This document shows positions 9,394 to 17,332 of a DNA stretch of 48,938 nucleotides, in pieces. Positions within the stretch are counted from its first letter, which is position 1; each line of letters opens with the position of its first letter. The stretch spans positions 1 through 48,938 of IMG/VR virus record IMGVR_UViG_3300038829_000024; one strand, written 5' to 3'. The position numbers and the translations under genes were made by a program. The DNA comes from a virus. Below the pieces are notes generated by a model, which saw only the letters and a list, made by a program, of their open reading frames with translations, did not search any database and was not told where the DNA came from.

Positions 9394-10164
9394 TTATTCA
9401 AAGTAACGCGTACCGAGTTTCTTGGCATCTGCCATTCGCATCTCAGTAGATCGTGTAGAGAAGTACTCATCCTTATTAGTGCGCTTAAGGTCCTGCCACT
9501 GCTTGTAGGTTTTGACCCCACCGTTATTAGGAACATCTGAAAGAGAACCTGCTCTATTAGACGACGGTGGGAGACTACCAAAGTCTGTCGATTTAGCAGG
9601 AGCAAAGAGATTGATGAAAGCCTTGGGACTAGACGCCGCCAACTCATTCATCTGTTCCTTTGTCAGACCAAGTTCTTCAGCCTTGTTAGCAAGCTTAGCA
9701 GCAAGGTTATTAGCGCCGTAAGTCTTGATGAGTTCATTCTGTACCTGAGCAATGTTCTGCTCTCGGGTTTGGTTCTTTGAAGTTTCTTTGATGGTATCCT
9801 TGACGAGAGCCTTAACGGCCTCCAAGTCTACCGGTGATTTAGACTGGTTGTCACTGATGTTATTGGAGTTAGGCTTTTCCTCGTGCGATTGGTTAGGCAC
9901 TGTACTTTGCTTTCCTTTAATCTCTTCCAAGAAATCTTGCAAGGTGACGCTATTCTCAAGCCGACGCCTATACTCTTCAAGCTCGCGGTTACGGGCTCCA
10001 ACAGTTTCGTCTGCTTCCAACTTAGCCTTCAGAAGTTCACCGACTGACTTAAATCGTTTACCTTCTCCAACGTGGGCTGTTACAAGAGCATCAAGATTGT
10101 CATCTGAACTCTTTGTCTCTGCTTCCAACTTGTCAGCGGGAATATCAAATACATCTTTGGTCAA
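9394..10164 (-). CDS. Scaffolding protein
   Basis: 256 aa, highly charged and helical (many E/K/L), located between portal and capsid. Confidence 0.6.
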   Translation of the reverse strand: MTKDVFDIPADKLEAETKSSDDNLDALVTAHVGEGKRFKSVGELLKAKLEADETVGARNRELEEYRRRLENSVTLQDFLEEIKGKQSTVPNQSHEEKPNSNNISDNQSKSPVDLEAVKALVKDTIKETSKNQTREQNIAQVQNELIKTYGANNLAAKLANKAEELGLTKEQMNELAASSPKAFINLFAPAKSTDFGSLPPSSNRAGSLSDVPNNGGVKTYKQWQDLKRTNKDEYFSTRSTEMRMADAKKLGTRYFE

Positions 10165-10496
10165 GTGGTATTTCCTTTGGTTGAACTCGTAGTGGTTTCT
10201 ACGAATGACAGAAGTTTAAGGACTCTTTCAAGAGACTGCTTCTGTCCGTTTATGTGTGCCTGCTTATGAGACCAGCTAGGGGAATCATAAGCAGTTGTCG
10301 TTAACTGTTTATCATTTAGAGAGCGTAAGTCTGCTTCAAGAATGAGAACTAGTTGTTTTAGTAATACTAGCTTAGAGTTGCCATAAAGATGTTCCTTGAA
10401 TGCCTGTGCATCAGGTACACCGTTAAGCCAGTCCAGGGGGAGCTGCTGCTCCTTGCGTTGGGGTAACGAAGTCTTCGTCACCTTGCGTAATGCCAT
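10161..10496 (-). CDS. Hypothetical protein (111 aa); start uncertain
   Basis: The track ORF overlaps the portal 3' end by 74 nt. It fills an otherwise uncovered stretch 10165-10422. Confidence 0.35.
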   Translation of the reverse strand: MALRKVTKTSLPQRKEQQLPLDWLNGVPDAQAFKEHLYGNSKLVLLKQLVLILEADLRSLNDKQLTTTAYDSPSWSHKQAHINGQKQSLERVLKLLSFVETTTSSTKGNTT

Positions 10497-12258
10497 CTGG
10501 TGTTAGTCCTTCCATGACGACCTGCTGTTGGTGAACTTGAGCCTGTCGCTCTTGTTCAGCCTGCTCTGTCAATCTAACGTATGGTTCAATCAGATTATAA
10601 TCTTCAACCTCTAGCAGATACTCCCAAAGCTCTGCAAGCTTGATACTAGAGAAGTGTTGCAGGACTGTAGGATCAGATCCAGCTGAGCTATTGAAGAACC
10701 CTGTGAGGTTCTGTACAGCCTGGGCCTGTTCAGCAAAGTGCCGAGCACCCATAGGCTTAATGCGACCGTTACCGGTGATGTCATAAGAAGTCAACGACAA
10801 GAAGTCATTGATCTTAAGTACCGGGTCGAAGACACGGATAGTGGTTAAAGTCATATTACGCCTAGCTAGTTCAAGCATGGCGTTCAGAGCATTCTCTACA
10901 ATCTGTCTCTCGAAGTAAGCAATCTTATTCTGGAAGACTCGACCGGCTGCGTTCTCTAAAGACTGTACTTCATACTTAGTCTTTTCACCAGGAGTACGGA
11001 AACCCATGGCTTCTTTAGGAGAGCCTGCCATCTCCTCCATCTTAGCTTCTACAGAAGCAATCTCTGTGTTGGCAGTGAGGGCATTGACATCAGGAGACAT
11101 CATCTGTACATCCCCATCGTCACCTACAACAATGCGCTCCATAGGGCCCCACTTAAAGTCGTGGACAAACCCTTTAATTTTCAGAGGAGGGTATGCTGTA
11201 AGATCAAAGCAGTCTGCCTTCATGTTCTCTAAGTGGCAGATACGATACTGCATTCCTACCAGATTATCGAGAGGGCCTTGTGCCCAAAGGTTGTCTGGCC
11301 TAAGACGCCAACCACAATGAAAGATTGGAGCAGTACCAAAATAAGATACATTAGGTTTCTTATAAATAACTTTATGTCTATCGACGACTTTGATAACATA
11401 GTTCTTAAGTAGCTCGTCTTTCTCTTCGTCGTAGAAGTCACCATAGAAAGTCAGAACCTCAGCTTCATTGGACTGTAGATAAATAACAAAGCTATCAAAT
11501 CCTGCGATCTGATAAGCGTTATTACGAACACTCCAAGCTCCATCGTATACAGTTACTTGGTTACGAATATCTTTAAGGTAGTCGTAAAGTTCCTGGGCAA
11601 TCAGCTTTTCATCTTCATCTGCAGAGTCCTGCATCATCATAAGTTTAACCTCACCAAGTGAGATCATAGAACGTACGATTTTAGGAGACTGTTCGAAGGA
11701 GGGAGCAGCTGGGTTGAAGACAACATCGAGAGGAGAGATGCGTCTAACCTCTGGCCCAACATAACCTACTTGTTCTTTGGGTGTTGAACCTACGGTCGGG
11801 GTGGTTTTGTTAGTACCATCATACCAACCAACAGAGGCAAACACATTACCGTAATCAATGTAATCGAGAACAAGGCGAGAGACAGTATCGTAGTACTGAT
11901 TACGATCTGTAGCCCAAGACATATAAGACTCAATAAACTCGACCTTGGCTTTATCGTCTGCGGCTTCGTCATCCGGTCTCCAGGACAGCCACTTCCTTTT
12001 AGGGAACAGAGCAGCCATATAGTTGGCGTGAAGGTTATCACGTATCTGACAGAGCTTGGGGATAACAGTCTTGTTAGACCATGGAAGTTTGCTATTAGGT
12101 GTATCGTCTGTCGTGGTTGCAAAGACGTACTGCTGCAGCTCTTTCCAGTCTGCTATACGTTTTTGTTTAGCAGTATCCCAAGTTACCCACTTGTTTGCGA
12201 TGCCATGAGCAACACAATCAGGAGTAAGAATATTAGAGATGTCTAGAGTCTTTGACAT
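10423..12258 (-). CDS. Portal (head-tail connector) protein
   Basis: 611 aa, directly downstream of the large terminase and upstream of scaffold and capsid. It is preceded by the 72-nt leader element. Confidence 0.75.
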   Translation of the reverse strand: MSKTLDISNILTPDCVAHGIANKWVTWDTAKQKRIADWKELQQYVFATTTDDTPNSKLPWSNKTVIPKLCQIRDNLHANYMAALFPKRKWLSWRPDDEAADDKAKVEFIESYMSWATDRNQYYDTVSRLVLDYIDYGNVFASVGWYDGTNKTTPTVGSTPKEQVGYVGPEVRRISPLDVVFNPAAPSFEQSPKIVRSMISLGEVKLMMMQDSADEDEKLIAQELYDYLKDIRNQVTVYDGAWSVRNNAYQIAGFDSFVIYLQSNEAEVLTFYGDFYDEEKDELLKNYVIKVVDRHKVIYKKPNVSYFGTAPIFHCGWRLRPDNLWAQGPLDNLVGMQYRICHLENMKADCFDLTAYPPLKIKGFVHDFKWGPMERIVVGDDGDVQMMSPDVNALTANTEIASVEAKMEEMAGSPKEAMGFRTPGEKTKYEVQSLENAAGRVFQNKIAYFERQIVENALNAMLELARRNMTLTTIRVFDPVLKINDFLSLTSYDITGNGRIKPMGARHFAEQAQAVQNLTGFFNSSAGSDPTVLQHFSSIKLAELWEYLLEVEDYNLIEPYVRLTEQAEQERQAQVHQQQVVMEGLTPDGITQGDEDFVTPTQGAAAPPGLA

Positions 12259-12327
12259 TAGATCAACTCCTTAGTTGATATGCTATACAGAGATCTAATG
12301 ACCACTTCACTTCGTTGCGTTAGCATT
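12256..12327 (-). promoter_or_regulatory. 72-nt conserved leader element, copy 1 (contains SD and the ATG of portal)
   Basis: Read on the minus strand: aatgctaacgcaacgaagtgaagtggtcattagatctctgtatagcatatcaactaaggagttgatctaatg. Near-identical copies lie at 46539-46610 and 20392-20463, with a diverged copy at 41643-41714. Confidence 0.8.
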
Positions 12328-12333
12328 AAGAAA

Positions 12334-13860
12334 TTAACCTATGCCGCCAAACTTCTTATTATAAATTGATAACCCTACTTCTTTGGTAGAAGCACCCATC
12401 CCCATGAATGAGGGCGGGACAGCGATCTCAACGGCCGATGCAAGAGCATCCTTTATGTCGTCGTGCTGCGGGTTTTGATAAACTAATTCTTCTTCCAATG
12501 TTGAAGTATGTCCACCTTGGTAGTGCCACATTTGTTGATTGGCATATCTAGGTTGAAGGACAGCTTCTATACGATCTTCTTTTTTCTTAGTAGGACGTTG
12601 CTCATCGATAGAGAGAGCGAGACCATTAGGTCTAATGTAATCTGCTTTAAGAGACTCGACAATGGCCGCCTGTGCAGCAGTTACCTCGGCTCTAATCTTT
12701 CTAAAGTCCCACCTGGCGTGTAGCTTAAGAATATGATCGAAGTAGTCTGAGATGGCCTTGGTCTTAAAGCGATCTATGTCTAAGATGTAGATGTTAGACT
12801 TAGCATCTATTCCTACAACAACCACAGCAGTGTAGTCGGCATCCTTGGTGGTTGAGTACGCAAAGTCAACAGACGCTACTACGTTTAGTCTTGAACCCTT
12901 GTAATACCAGTAACCAGACTCCCTGTGAAGAAGCTCTCTGTTATAGTACTGGAAGTATTCCGGTCTGATGTTAGCACTAGAGACATCGTTAGGGTCGTTG
13001 TAGTACTGGGCTCTAAACTTAGTTAGATCGCTGTACTGGGCCTTCTTCTTAGCTAAGACAGTCTTATCAAAGCCAAACCAACGACCATCTCCTCTTTGTT
13101 CCCTGGGCCATAGAAATGATCCACTAACTTCTACTGGCCTCTCATAGATCTCATAGAGATGTTCTGAAAACTCTATCTCCCCAGTATCATCGATGATCTC
13201 TACTATCTGATTTTTTAGATCGTTGTATAGATCGTTAGGGTGATATCTAGTTCCTACAACCCACTGTACAGCATCTGTGCCTGCAATAGACGAGAGGTAT
13301 GATACTTGATCTGCAACCTTACTTCTGCCTTCTGGGGAGTAAGCAGAGCTGTCTACAACTACGTCATCCAATACAGCAATGTCACAATGCATACCAACTA
13401 TGTTGGTTGTTAGACCTGCTGTGAAGATTGAAGGATCTCGTACTGCCTCTGCTTTACGCTTAGGGTGGTCTAAGGAGATCTCTTCGGTTGTCCACTTCTC
13501 TCTGCTATTAGCGTCTTCATTGACCATCTCTGGCCATAGCTGTCTATAGTTGTGAGAGAGGAAGATGTCCTGTATAAACTTAAGCTGCTTGGTTGCTAGA
13601 TTGATAGTTGAAGAGATGTAGAGAACTCTGAGAGCAGGATTCTTAGTTAATTCAAATGCTACACGATAGGCTACTAGAGCACTCTTCTGATGATCTCGGG
13701 GGAAGAGGAGTAGCTGGTGGGTCTTAGCTTGCGGCCTGTACCACCATTTGATTAGATCCTTATGTGCTTGTCCTAATACACGTCCTGGATGAATAAGCTT
13801 GATGAATAGCTCAAGGTCTGAAAGAGCTAGTTCTCTAATTTGGTCTTTGCTTAAACTCAT
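12334..13860 (-). CDS. terL: Terminase large subunit
   Basis: 508 aa. ATPase-like motifs LFPRDHQKSALV and IAVLDDVVVD, with a C-terminal nuclease-like region (VASVDFAYS, HDDIKDALA). Confidence 0.9.
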   Translation of the reverse strand: MSLSKDQIRELALSDLELFIKLIHPGRVLGQAHKDLIKWWYRPQAKTHQLLLFPRDHQKSALVAYRVAFELTKNPALRVLYISSTINLATKQLKFIQDIFLSHNYRQLWPEMVNEDANSREKWTTEEISLDHPKRKAEAVRDPSIFTAGLTTNIVGMHCDIAVLDDVVVDSSAYSPEGRSKVADQVSYLSSIAGTDAVQWVVGTRYHPNDLYNDLKNQIVEIIDDTGEIEFSEHLYEIYERPVEVSGSFLWPREQRGDGRWFGFDKTVLAKKKAQYSDLTKFRAQYYNDPNDVSSANIRPEYFQYYNRELLHRESGYWYYKGSRLNVVASVDFAYSTTKDADYTAVVVVGIDAKSNIYILDIDRFKTKAISDYFDHILKLHARWDFRKIRAEVTAAQAAIVESLKADYIRPNGLALSIDEQRPTKKKEDRIEAVLQPRYANQQMWHYQGGHTSTLEEELVYQNPQHDDIKDALASAVEIAVPPSFMGMGASTKEVGLSIYNKKFGGIG

Positions 13861-14434
13861 ACTTACTTAACTTGGCTTGAGGTTCATGGTTCTCAATGGT
13901 CTTGAGGAATTCGTTTAGGACATCCTGAGAGTCTGGCTTAAGCTTAAATTCCTTGGTAGGTCTGCCTCGGCTATTCTTAGCCTTCTTCTCTTCTTCAGTT
14001 TCCTTCGGGACAAACACGTTCCAACCGTGGTCATTGAGGAACTTATTTGCCTGGTAGTAGTGCTTGGAGTCTTCCTGTTCTGCTAGGTCTCTGATCTTGA
14101 CGACTGCCTTGGATTTAATAGCAGCTGCAAGCTCTGATCTCATTTCCCGTAGGGTATCCTTAAACCACTTACAGGCACAGAGCCGATCCCACTGCTTCCA
14201 GCTAACCAGGTGCTGCTTGACAAAGGAATAGTCTGTGGGATCGTTAACTTCTACGTAGAGACGAATAATAGATGGAACGACTCTGCCAAGGTCTTGGCTA
14301 TAGACGTCCTTGTTGGACATGGTAAACTTAATGGCTTCAGGCTCTGCCTTATCCCAAGCAGACAAGAACTCAAGGAACAGCTTTTTGGTTCGCTGCTCTT
14401 CAGCCATTAGTTGTCTACGGTCGCTTACCTGCAT
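13835..14434 (-). CDS. Putative terminase small subunit
   Basis: 199 aa. It is the first gene of the minus arm and overlaps the terL start by 26 nt. The call is by position only. Confidence 0.4.
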   Translation of the reverse strand: MQVSDRRQLMAEEQRTKKLFLEFLSAWDKAEPEAIKFTMSNKDVYSQDLGRVVPSIIRLYVEVNDPTDYSFVKQHLVSWKQWDRLCACKWFKDTLREMRSELAAAIKSKAVVKIRDLAEQEDSKHYYQANKFLNDHGWNVFVPKETEEEKKAKNSRGRPTKEFKLKPDSQDVLNEFLKTIENHEPQAKLSKYEFKQRPN

Positions 14435-14570
14435 GTTATTTCTCTAAGGTGAGTTTAGTGAGTTACCTTCGTTTAACGTCTTCGGAGTTCCTGTTAAAGG
14501 GTTTAACCATACTCGCTTGCTTAGGGCTTTTCTGGTCCGACGACTGGTAATACCTTTAATATTACTTAAA

Positions 14571-14606
14571 GTATACCTTAAAGTATACCTTAAGGTATCT
14601 TAAGGA
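14571..14606. repeat. Three tandem approx 12-bp units (gtataccttaaa / gtataccttaag / gtatcttaagga) within an AT-rich GGTAT/ATACC-motif array (14551-14690)
   Basis: Read directly. The palindrome ATACCTTAAGGTAT is embedded, and related copies occur at 14651-14690. Confidence 0.7.
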
Positions 14607-14686
14607 GATCTTTAATAGGTACCAAAGGTAATCTACTAAATCTACCTTAGAGTATACTTAAGGTATCTTATCAGGATACCTATAGG

Positions 14687-14720
14687 TATATTCTATACAC
14701 AAGGTAAGGCATTTGTCAAG
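14687..14720 (-). promoter_or_regulatory. Sigma70-like promoter facing the structural (minus) arm; inverted copy of 27730-27763
   Basis: The reverse complement is cTTGACAaatgccttaccttgtgtaTAGAATata. TTGACA is a perfect -35, and TAGAAT sits 18 nt away (TATAGA at 16 nt). All 34 bp are identical to 27730-27763. Confidence 0.65.
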
Positions 14721-14857
14721 AGAAATCGTACATGAATCCTAAACTATTTTATAAGTCCTTGATTATAAAGGAAACTATTTTATGTCTGAGACAGGGTTTT
14801 AGGTGGCTTAGACCACTTCTACGAAGAGTTCAACCCCTCCCCGGGGACCTTTTTAAT

Positions 14858-14879
14858 CGCAAAGACATGACTATTGCTC
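14858..14879 (+). repeat. 22-bp direct repeat cgcaaagacatgactattgctc (partner at 17198-17219)
   Basis: Exact match read in both places, with looser similarity extending about 11 bp upstream (acctttttaat / acctttactac). Confidence 0.8.
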
Positions 14880-15213
14880 AACCCTAGAATTTCTCTTAGG
14901 GATTTTTAGAGGGTAATTCCTCTCCACCCCCCACCCCCCGGGTCCCCTATACAACCCAGGAAGGTTGCTCATACACCCTAGGGGGGGTTGGTTGTATGTG
15001 GTACCTGGCTACCGTGTTGAATATACAGTGAAAAAAGTGTGTTACCCCACCCTATACAACGTAACTACTTAACACATTGGTAACATTAACACATTCTTAA
15101 CCCTGTCGTTGCGTAGCAACCTTGTATATGAGACCTTAATAATTCGTGCTTTAGCCAGCCATGTTAGGGGTTCATTAACACTTCTATGCTAGGGTGTAGA
15201 TCGGATACAAGTC

Positions 15214-15471
15214 TTGTCTGTGTCCTCGGCAATGGTGCCATTGAGAAAGGTTAAGACCATGCAACTAATGCTTGTAAAGGCAACTGACAAGCCGGGAAGC
15301 TCCCGGATCAAGTTGCCCGTATCTGCCACTGTAGGCGTAATCAACATGTTGGCACTAGCCGAGCCCGGCACTAGCCGGGTAGACCTGTTTAAGTTGCTCA
15401 AGAGGGGCAGTGCACTGGCCGTGCGTAATGGCTATGTGAGGGCTATCCCTGCCCTACGTGTGATCGAGTGA
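15214..15471 (+). CDS. Hypothetical small protein; start uncertain
   Basis: Track ORF with a non-ATG start. It lies immediately upstream of 15479..15799 in a GC-richer segment. Confidence 0.3.
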   Translation: MSVSSAMVPLRKVKTMQLMLVKATDKPGSSRIKLPVSATVGVINMLALAEPGTSRVDLFKLLKRGSALAVRNGYVRAIPALRVIE

Positions 15472-15478
15472 GGGTGCC

Positions 15479-15799
15479 ATGAGAAAGCCAGTCTGGAGTC
15501 AATACGGCCCCAAGGGTGCCCGTGTCTTTGGTGCCCCCGATGCCGGTATCTTGAGAGACAACCGCAAGGCTGAAGTCAAGGCTCAGCAAGGTAGTAGATC
15601 GCCTATCGACCACTGTCGAGACAAGGCCCACACTAAGGGCTGTCACGTTGGCCCCGGTGTAGGGCACGGTGAGGTTAAGCCTCATCGCAAACAGGTAGCC
15701 AAGGCGCTACCCGAACAGATAGCCTTCGAGAAGTCTGGTCTCTCTAAGCATGTATGGAGAATCAGCGGCAAGGCTAAGAAGTTCAACAACGTAGGCTAG
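15479..15799 (+). CDS. Hypothetical basic protein (106 aa)
   Basis: ATG preceded by gagggtgcc (SD-like). The stop is followed at once by a hairpin terminator. Confidence 0.45.
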   Translation: MRKPVWSQYGPKGARVFGAPDAGILRDNRKAEVKAQQGSRSPIDHCRDKAHTKGCHVGPGVGHGEVKPHRKQVAKALPEQIAFEKSGLSKHVWRISGKAKKFNNVG

Positions 15800-15802
15800 T
15801 GG

Positions 15803-15828
15803 GAAAGGGGAGCAATCCCCTTTTCTTA
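15803..15828 (+). terminator. Rho-independent terminator
   Basis: gaaagggga-gcaa-tcccctttt followed by ctt. It has a GC-rich stem, a GNRA loop and a T-rich tail. Confidence 0.7.
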
Positions 15829-15839
15829 CCTACTTTAGT

Positions 15840-16460
15840 TGTATGTAGTAGTTCGTGAGGTATGTTACAATCTTGAAACATTATGTTACTTCCATTCGTT
15901 GCCTACCTATGTTAGTGTCTATCCATTGCCTGCGGACATGCTCTTGCGTGTCTCCCCTTGGGGACGAGGCAACTACGGTCCAACCGGGCAGCGTTCATGC
16001 GCTGTGTCTCGCGGGCAGTGGACCAAGCTGCAAATTCCCTAGCTATCGGGTTAGCCTAGTGCGACCACGCTTTGGAAAATAGACAAGTCATCCCGCGAGT
16101 GCAGGGGATGGGTCCGCAAGGAGATCCTTGCCAGCCAACGGCCGTATAGCATATGATTGCATCATATGTAGCCCATGCCAGGGTAAGCGGAAACCGGATG
16201 AATGGGGAGTTGGACGGTAACATAGGCCAAGGCTTGTGTTATTTTGAGCGGTCCAACAGTGAACCCAGAACGCCTTGCTTGACCATGACACTATGGTCTA
16301 TTAGCTTGGTAAGTATGGGAGTAGCAGCTTGACCAGAGACTCCCCTTCATCTATTAATATTTCCATAGTTCTCTTCCTATCTTTCGGGCAGCGACTAGGC
16401 TACCTTAACATGGTGTTAAGGCGGTATCTCTAGCCGTTGCCTTCAAGGTAGGATGATTTA
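15840..16460 (+). ncRNA. Candidate structured RNA or long structured 5' leader of gene 16463 (unclassified)
   Basis: About 620 nt with only short, mutually overlapping ORFs on both strands. Perfect hairpins are dense: catatgat-tgc-atcatatg, gcaagg-agat-ccttgc, catccc-N9-gggatg, gaccat-N6-atggtc, ccttaaca-tgg-tgttaagg, gttggac-N34-gtccaac. Confidence 0.3.
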
Positions 16461-16462
16461 TC

Positions 16463-17098
16463 ATGACTAAAGTTTCGAAGAAGCATAGCACCAAGGCGGT
16501 CGTCAATGTGGTCAACACCACTAACGTCACGTCTGATGGTGCTGTTGTTGGTCGCATGGTGGACAACACCATCGCAGCGGCCAAGGCATTGGCACCGGCA
16601 CTGCACACAACTGTGTGCTCAACATGCTTGCACGTCCTGGTTCACGGCGACCCCATCCACATGAACCGCTTGTTCCAGAACATTGGTGGTGGCTTCCGTC
16701 GTGAAGCCATGGCCAAGTTCATGATCAAGTTCGGTGGCGTGAAGTACGTCAAGGGCAACAAGGACAAGGGCACTGAAGAGCAGATGTCCGTTGATCCCGA
16801 TGCTCGGGCCGTGCTCAAGGCGGAGTATGAGAAGGATGCTAGCGCATTCGTCAGCAAGCTCACGGCCAAGCCCTTCTGGGATGTCACCAAAGAAGTTCTA
16901 TTCCGTGAGTATGATCTGCTCAAGGTCATCGAACGGGAAGTGAAGAAGGCAACGGCCTTCGCCAAGGGTGTCAAACCCAGCGGCGAGACCCTGACCGAGG
17001 AAGAGCAGGCTATGGTTGACGTCACCGGGCTCAGCGTCATCGCTGATGCCTTGAAGCGTGCCAAGGTCGGCCTGCCTGCTCTCTCTGCACTGCACTAG
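16463..17098 (+). CDS. Hypothetical early protein (211 aa)
   Basis: Track ORF with ATG preceded by aggtaggatg. Sequence looks clearly protein-like. The antisense shadow ORF was ignored. Confidence 0.7.
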   Translation: MTKVSKKHSTKAVVNVVNTTNVTSDGAVVGRMVDNTIAAAKALAPALHTTVCSTCLHVLVHGDPIHMNRLFQNIGGGFRREAMAKFMIKFGGVKYVKGNKDKGTEEQMSVDPDARAVLKAEYEKDASAFVSKLTAKPFWDVTKEVLFREYDLLKVIEREVKKATAFAKGVKPSGETLTEEEQAMVDVTGLSVIADALKRAKVGLPALSALH

Positions 17099-17197
17099 GT
17101 AGATAAAGGGAGCTTAAGCTCTCATTGTTTATCTAGTGCTGCACTAGGTAGCCACCACGGGTCCTGAGCATGACTGTAAACTGCTCACCTTTACTAC

Positions 17198-17219
17198 CGC
17201 AAAGACATGACTATTGCTC
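17198..17219 (+). repeat. 22-bp direct repeat (partner at 14858-14879)
   Basis: Exact match cgcaaagacatgactattgctc. Confidence 0.8.
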
Positions 17220-17332
17220 TATTAGCAACGGCAAGCGGGGCGTTGCTGATCGCTGTCTCTAACGAGACTCAAGACCACGTGCGTTAAGCGTTGGCACCAT
17301 CTTACGAAGGCAACCGTATTCTTTAGTAGAGG

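Noticed and set aside
14571-14690. The short tandem repeats (and those at 27310-27373) as a CRISPR array
   Set aside because: The units are about 12 bp or purine-rich 22-23 bp, with no regular repeat-spacer periodicity and no cas genes.
16180-16275. Similarity of ggatgaatg ... acagtgaacccagaac to RNase P RNA conserved regions CR-IV and CR-V
   Set aside because: I could not find a convincing CR-I (GAGGAAAGUCCGGGC-like) partner or a P4 pairing. The matches are short and could be chance.
15839-16291. Short ORFs 15839..16042, 15855..16082 (plus) and 16088..16291 (minus) as real genes
   Set aside because: They overlap each other, lack SD sequences and have Cys/Arg/Ser/Pro-rich non-protein-like translations. 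The region is better explained as structured non-coding sequence, although small peptides cannot be ruled out without Ribo-seq.
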